Assembly (NCBI RefSeq): GCF_006345805.1
Contig: NW_021826375.1
Coordinates: 1 to 12,908, forward strand
Origin: Octopus sinensis
Lineage: Eukaryota
Reading direction: 5' to 3'
Length of the DNA stretch: 12,908 nt
The translations under genes and the position numbers were made by a program. This document shows, one piece after another, positions 8,438 to 12,908 of this stretch. Each line of letters opens with the position of its first letter. The stretch's first letter is position 1. The notes beneath the pieces are model-generated. The model was given only the letters and a program-made list of their open reading frames with translations. It did not search any database and was not told the DNA's origin.

Positions 8438-8841
8438 TTCATCGTTCTCGACACACTCAAGGAAATCTTGTGCAACTGAAACCCGAATGTCTTCTTGATC
8501 AGCTGAAAGCAGTTTTGGTACAAACTTGGCAGACACGCGTCTCGTACCCAAATCTTCAGTAATAATGGACTGAACCGAATCGTAACTAATTTGCACATCC
8601 TCTGATAACTCACGGATGTTGATTCAACGATTTTCCTTGCACGAACATCTGCGATGCTTTTCTCAGTTCTGCTGGTTGCAAGTCTCCCAGAACGTTCGTC
8701 AATATAAACATCTTTTCGGCCATCTTGGAAACGCGTAACCACTCGTACACTTGTGTGCGCTCATGCGCTCCTCTCCATACACTTTCTGCAACTTTGCGTA
8801 GAATTCTGAGCAGGTATTGCCGTGACAACATCCTTTGTCAT
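8432..8841 (-). pseudogene. Frameshifted mariner transposase N-terminal half (two HTH regions plus WVPHEL-like linker; no catalytic domain)
   Basis: Joining frames gives GNTCSEFYAKLQKVYGEERMS..TQVYEW..FQDGRKDVYIDERSGRLATS...KENR*INIRELSEDVQISYDSVQSIITEDLGTRRVSAKFVPKLLSADQEDIRVSVAQDFLECVENDENF. It stops just before the expected DETW motif. Confidence 0.88.
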
Positions 8842-9035
8842 GGTTAATGCGACAATCACACGCTACACACCTTCCTTCCAAGCGCTGCTGTAAATAACGG
8901 AATGAGCTAGGACGTTAAAACTCAATGCGCATGCACAGCAGAGTTCAAAGACAATCTTCATCAAGCGGCTTCACTCTGCGTGATTTAACTTCGTTACTAT
9001 GACAATCTTTCCGGATACTTATCGATCATACCTCG

Positions 9036-9048
9036 TATATATATATAT

Positions 9049-9096
<48 letters not shown>
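9036..9096. repeat. (TA)n microsatellite starting at the mariner TA target site
   Basis: Read directly. Confidence 0.95.
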
Positions 9097-9099
<3 letters not shown>

Positions 9100-9312
9100 G
9101 CACAAGTGTGTACGTACGCTGCTATATGTATGTATAAATAAAAAAAAAGAAACAAAAAACAATAGAGAAAATAAAACATTCGGAGAGATAGACAATACAA
9201 AGGCGGACGGGAAAAAATAACATTGGAAGGACAGGAAATAAAGACGGGTCATTCGGGGCCTTCTTTCTTCAGTCAATTTACCAGAAGTCATTACAGTTTC
9301 GGGCAGTTACGC

Positions 9313-9421
9313 ATATATATGTGTGTGTGCATGTGTGTATGTATGAAGCTTTATACGTGTATATATATATATATATTATATATATGTATGTATATATAAT
9401 ATATATATATATATATATATG

Positions 9422-9501
<80 letters not shown>

Positions 9502-9645
9502 TTGTAATAATATATATATATGTATATGTGTGTTTCATAAGTGCCGGAGAAAGAGAGAAAGAGAGAGAGAGAGAGAGAGTAATATACATACATACATACG
9601 CACACACACACACACATTTATATGTAAGTATGTATGTATGTAAAT
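9313..9645. repeat. Compound microsatellite block (TA, TG, GA, CA, TATG)
   Basis: Read directly; explains the ORFs listed at 9278-9710. Confidence 0.93.
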
Positions 9646-10121
9646 TCAATCATTGGCGCTATGCTCATGACACAGTTTCGAACTTACATACCTGGAGGCA
9701 GTGTAGATAAGAAAAAAATGACAAAGAATCAAAATATAAAAATGAAAACCTAATGGAGATTGAATCGATGAGAAATATCATCAATATGACCGAAGGGAAA
9801 TAACATGAGGGAAGTTTTCTGCATACTAAATATATTGTCTCACATATGTCATAAAGTGAGGTGAAAAACTTCGACTAATGTTATTCACAGAGTAAAGAAA
9901 AATCGATAAAAATAAAACTCTCCGCAGGTGAAGTTATGACCTGAAAAAAGAAAGCTTAAAAAGTAAAAATCATAATAATTTAAACGAGTAAGATCATTCC
10001 TGTGAAATCAGCTGATTGAAATTATTGGGAAAATATAGAAGAACAAATTCAGAGGTGCTCGGCATGGCCAGGACGCCTAATATCTACAAACTGTTAATTC
10101 CTATTAAACTAACTTAACTTC

Positions 10122-10370
10122 TACTCTTTTACTCTTTTACTCTTATACTTGTTTCAGTCATTTGACTGCGGCCATGCTGGAGCACCTCCTTTAGTCGAAT
10201 CAAATCGACCCACAGACTTATTCTTTATAAGCGTTGTACTTATTCTATCAGTCCCTTTTGCCGAACCGCTAAGTTACGAGGACCTAAACACACCAGAATC
10301 GGATGTCAAGCAATGTTGCGGGGACAAACGCAGATACACAACATATACACACACAATACACACACACACT

Positions 10371-10415
<45 letters not shown>

Positions 10416-10594
10416 CTATATATATATACATATATATGGCGGGCTTCTTTCAGTTTCCGTCTACCAAATCCACTCACAAGGCTTTGATCGGCCCGAGGCT
10501 ATAGTAGAAGACACTTGCCCAAGGTGCCACGCAGTGAGACTGAACCCGGAACCATGTGGCTGGTAAGCAAGCTAGTTACTACACACTCACTCCT
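10122..10594 (-). mobile_element. SINE family A, copy 3
   Basis: Same head, body and (TACTCTTT)n tail. Internal (CA)n-(TA)n on + at about 10325-10436. The 3' body is more diverged from copies 1 and 2 than they are from each other. Confidence 0.9.
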
Positions 10595-10619
10595 TGAAAC
10601 TCTTTGTATGTAATTATAT

Positions 10620-10941
10620 CAGCACACATACACACGCACCTCAAACGCGCGCGGTCACACACATACACACACACACACGCATACATATATATGCACACAC
10701 ATGAACACGCGCGCACACACACATACAAACAAATACACACGCACGCATACACATATACACATACAGGCTCGCGCGCGCATATAGACATGCACATAGTTTG
10801 TTTAAGCCGGACCAGAGTTCCAGGCCTCTCAGAACCGGCTTAAATGAGCTATTGCTTTCAGAATTTGTACTAAATATTCTTCTTTCACCGGATCGTTACC
10901 CCATTGCAAATATATATACATATATGTGTGTGCGTGTGTGT

Positions 10942-10982
<41 letters not shown>

Positions 10983-11072
10983 ATGTATAAATGTAGCTAG
11001 ATAGATAAGCATATGTCTACTCATACACACGCACATATATCATACACACATGCACACACACATACACACACA
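10620..11072. repeat. Degenerate CA/CG-rich tract (about 10620-10790), (TG)n (about 10925-10985) and CA-rich tract (about 11020-11072)
   Basis: Read directly; long alternating purine-pyrimidine runs. Confidence 0.88.
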
Positions 11073-11765
11073 CGAGGGAGTGCTGAAAAATTTCTGGCTT
11101 TAAGAGTATCGCGAAAGGGTAGAATTGTTACCTTTTCAGGGTAGGTGGAACAACTATTTTGGAGAAAATGTGCAAAAAAATCATGATGGCATACAATATA
11201 TCTTCCTCTTTTTCCTGATTTAACGCATAATGGTAGCTCCTACAGTAGATTTTGGTAAAATTTAAGCACAGGTGGTCATGAATTTTCTGGTTTTGCAAAT
11301 CAAAAGAGTGGCGGAAATGTATGATGAGGTGAAGGAAGTATTGAAAAATGGCTACCCTGCTTACTCCACAGTGAAAATCTGGGTGTGTCAAGATTTGGCA
11401 CTGGTCATTTCGAGGTCACAAATGAACTCAGGTCAGGACTGCTAACTTCAGCAACCACAGAGGACACGGCCAATGCTGTGCACGCCATGATTCTAGAGCA
11501 CCGCCTATGTCAATAAAAGTCACAGCTACGACCTTGGATATGACTCGAGGAAGAGTTGGCTACGTCAAGCACAACTTTCCAGACAGGAGAAAGCTTTCCG
11601 CAAGATGGCTACCGAAATGCCTGAACGCCGATGAGACGTGCATCAAATTGACAACATCAGAGGCGATTTGGGACCGATTTGCAGTGGGAGTGGCTGATTT
11701 TATGGCTCGTTTAGTCAACATGGATGAAATTTGGTCTCATCATTATGATCTCCAGACGAAACACT
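11073..11765 (+). mobile_element. Second, distinct mariner remnant (5' TIR plus decayed transposase up to the first catalytic Asp)
   Basis: The start (CA)CGAGGGAGTGCTGAAAAA is mariner TIR-like. Joined frames give VMNFLVLQIKRVAEMYDEVKEVLKNGYPAYSTVKIWV..RFGTGHFEVTNELRSG...RRKLSARWLPKCLNAD...RLVNMDEIWSHHYDLQTK, containing WVPxxL-like and DETW-like motifs. No 3' TIR seen. Confidence 0.87.
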
Positions 11766-12039
11766 TAGCTGTAATTAAGTAACCGGCCCCACGATACAAC
11801 AATATTTACTTACAGTCAGAAATAGATGGGCAGTTTGAAAGGTTACACACAACTGAGATCAAATCACTTCACAGCGTGTATTTCAGCTTGTCTTCAGCTA
11901 ATTTCCTTTCATTTCCTACTAATGGAACGGCAGCTAGTTTGTCGAGAAACTTTTAGTACTGATGTACTCCGAACAATAGGAAGAAGTAGAGAAGTGTGTA
12001 TTGGTTATTGAACATAGATGCTTATGTCTGTGGATATAT

Positions 12040-12141
12040 CTTATCTATATACGTATGTGTTATCTCTGTATGTTTCTGCGTGTGTGTGTGTGTGCATTAT
12101 ATATAATATATAGTATATATATATATATATACACATATATA

Positions 12142-12181
<40 letters not shown>

Positions 12182-12364
12182 ATATGTATATATTATATAT
12201 GTATATATATATTATATATATATATATTATATATGTATATATATATAGTATATATATATATTATAGTATATATATATATATATCTATATATATAATGTAT
12301 ATCTATATATATAATATATATGTATATATATATATGTGTGTATTATATATGTACGTTATGTTTC

Positions 12365-12416
<52 letters not shown>

Positions 12417-12650
12417 CATATGTGTGTGAGTTATATAAATATATAACACCACACACACGATGGAAATGTATGTATGTATAATGAATGTATGTATGTATGT
12501 ATGTATGTATGTATGTATGATGTTGTATGTATGTATGTATGTATGTATGTATGCATGTATGTATGCATGTATGTATGTATGTATAATGTATTTACGTGTA
12601 TGTATGTACGTATGTACGTACCTACGTATGTATATGGGTGTGTGTGTATT
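12040..12650. repeat. Long compound microsatellite: (TG), imperfect (TA)n, (TCTA)n at 12364-12417, (TATG)n at about 12465-12610
   Basis: Read directly; explains the ORFs listed at 12001-12732. Confidence 0.95.
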
Positions 12651-12827
12651 TGGCTTTGTATGTTTGTTTTTTGTATATATACGCGCTGACCCAGTAAAAA
12701 AAAAAAAGAACACTTTTTGTTCATTTTTTTAAAGCAACAACAACAGTTACAATTGAAAACAATATAACAAGATCATGTTAAGAAAATTAAATTGATTGTT
12801 CAATTGCATTATATGTGAATATGGCGA

Positions 12828-12908
12828 TGGTGATGGTGGTGGTGGTGGTGGTGGTGGTGGTGGTGGTGGTGGTGGTGGTGGTGTGGTGGTGGTGTGATGG
12901 GGTGGTTG
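12828..12908. repeat. (GGT)n trinucleotide repeat running off the window end
   Basis: Read directly. Confidence 0.95.

Larger units (their letters stand above)
8171..9035. mobile_element. Mariner-type DNA transposon derivative made of two 5' ends in inverted orientation
   Basis: The right end reads (TA)CGAGGTATGATCGATAAGTATCCGGA on the minus strand. The left end reads (CA)CTAAGTCTGATCAATAAGTATCCGGA on plus. Both arms continue through a shared leader (GGAAGGAAGGTGTGTAGCGTGTGAT.GTCGCATT.ACCATGA) into a transposase start. TA follows at 9036-9037. Confidence 0.88.

Noticed and set aside
695-10566. Recurrent peptide IYDGLLSVSVYQIHS.GF..PEA.VEDTCPRCHAV..NPE.CGW in ORFs 695-964, 1652-1858 and 10303-10566
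   Set aside because: It is the antisense reading of SINE family A seen three times, fused to microsatellite-derived HT/YI runs; it is not independent protein conservation.
11865-11910. Minus-strand CTGAAGA...GAAA hammerhead-like spacing
   Set aside because: No stem II pairing and no NUH positioned by a stem III.
12364-12417. (TCTA)n as the tail of a minus-strand RTE like the one at 5346-5797
   Set aside because: No LINE sequence adjoins it on the right side.
9019-12732. Many YI/CV/HT/MYVC-rich ORFs
   Set aside because: They are translations of TA, TG, CA and TATG microsatellites, which lack stop codons in some frames.

Overview
AT-rich eukaryotic non-coding DNA (intron or intergenic). I can support no host protein-coding exon, tRNA, rRNA or CRISPR array. 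By my coordinate tally about 55-60% of the window is repeat-derived: ten loci from three tRNA-headed SINE families (called A, B and C here), a 5'-truncated RTE/Bov-B-like LINE 3' end, two decayed mariner-type transposon remnants and many microsatellites. The repeat content resembles what I recall of octopus (coleoid cephalopod) genomes; this is inference, not verified. Almost all ORFs in the track are artefacts of microsatellites or antisense SINE sequence. The most interesting signals are mechanistic. (1) A four-unit family-B multimer sits inside one target-site duplication (TSD), while two family-B monomers end at the unit boundary with target microhomology to the next unit. (2) A mariner fold-back is built from two 5' ends. 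(3) A close inverted SINE pair contains a 92-bp perfect arm. (4) Families A and B share a covarying double-hairpin module. (5) One family-B copy carries a template-switch micro-inversion.
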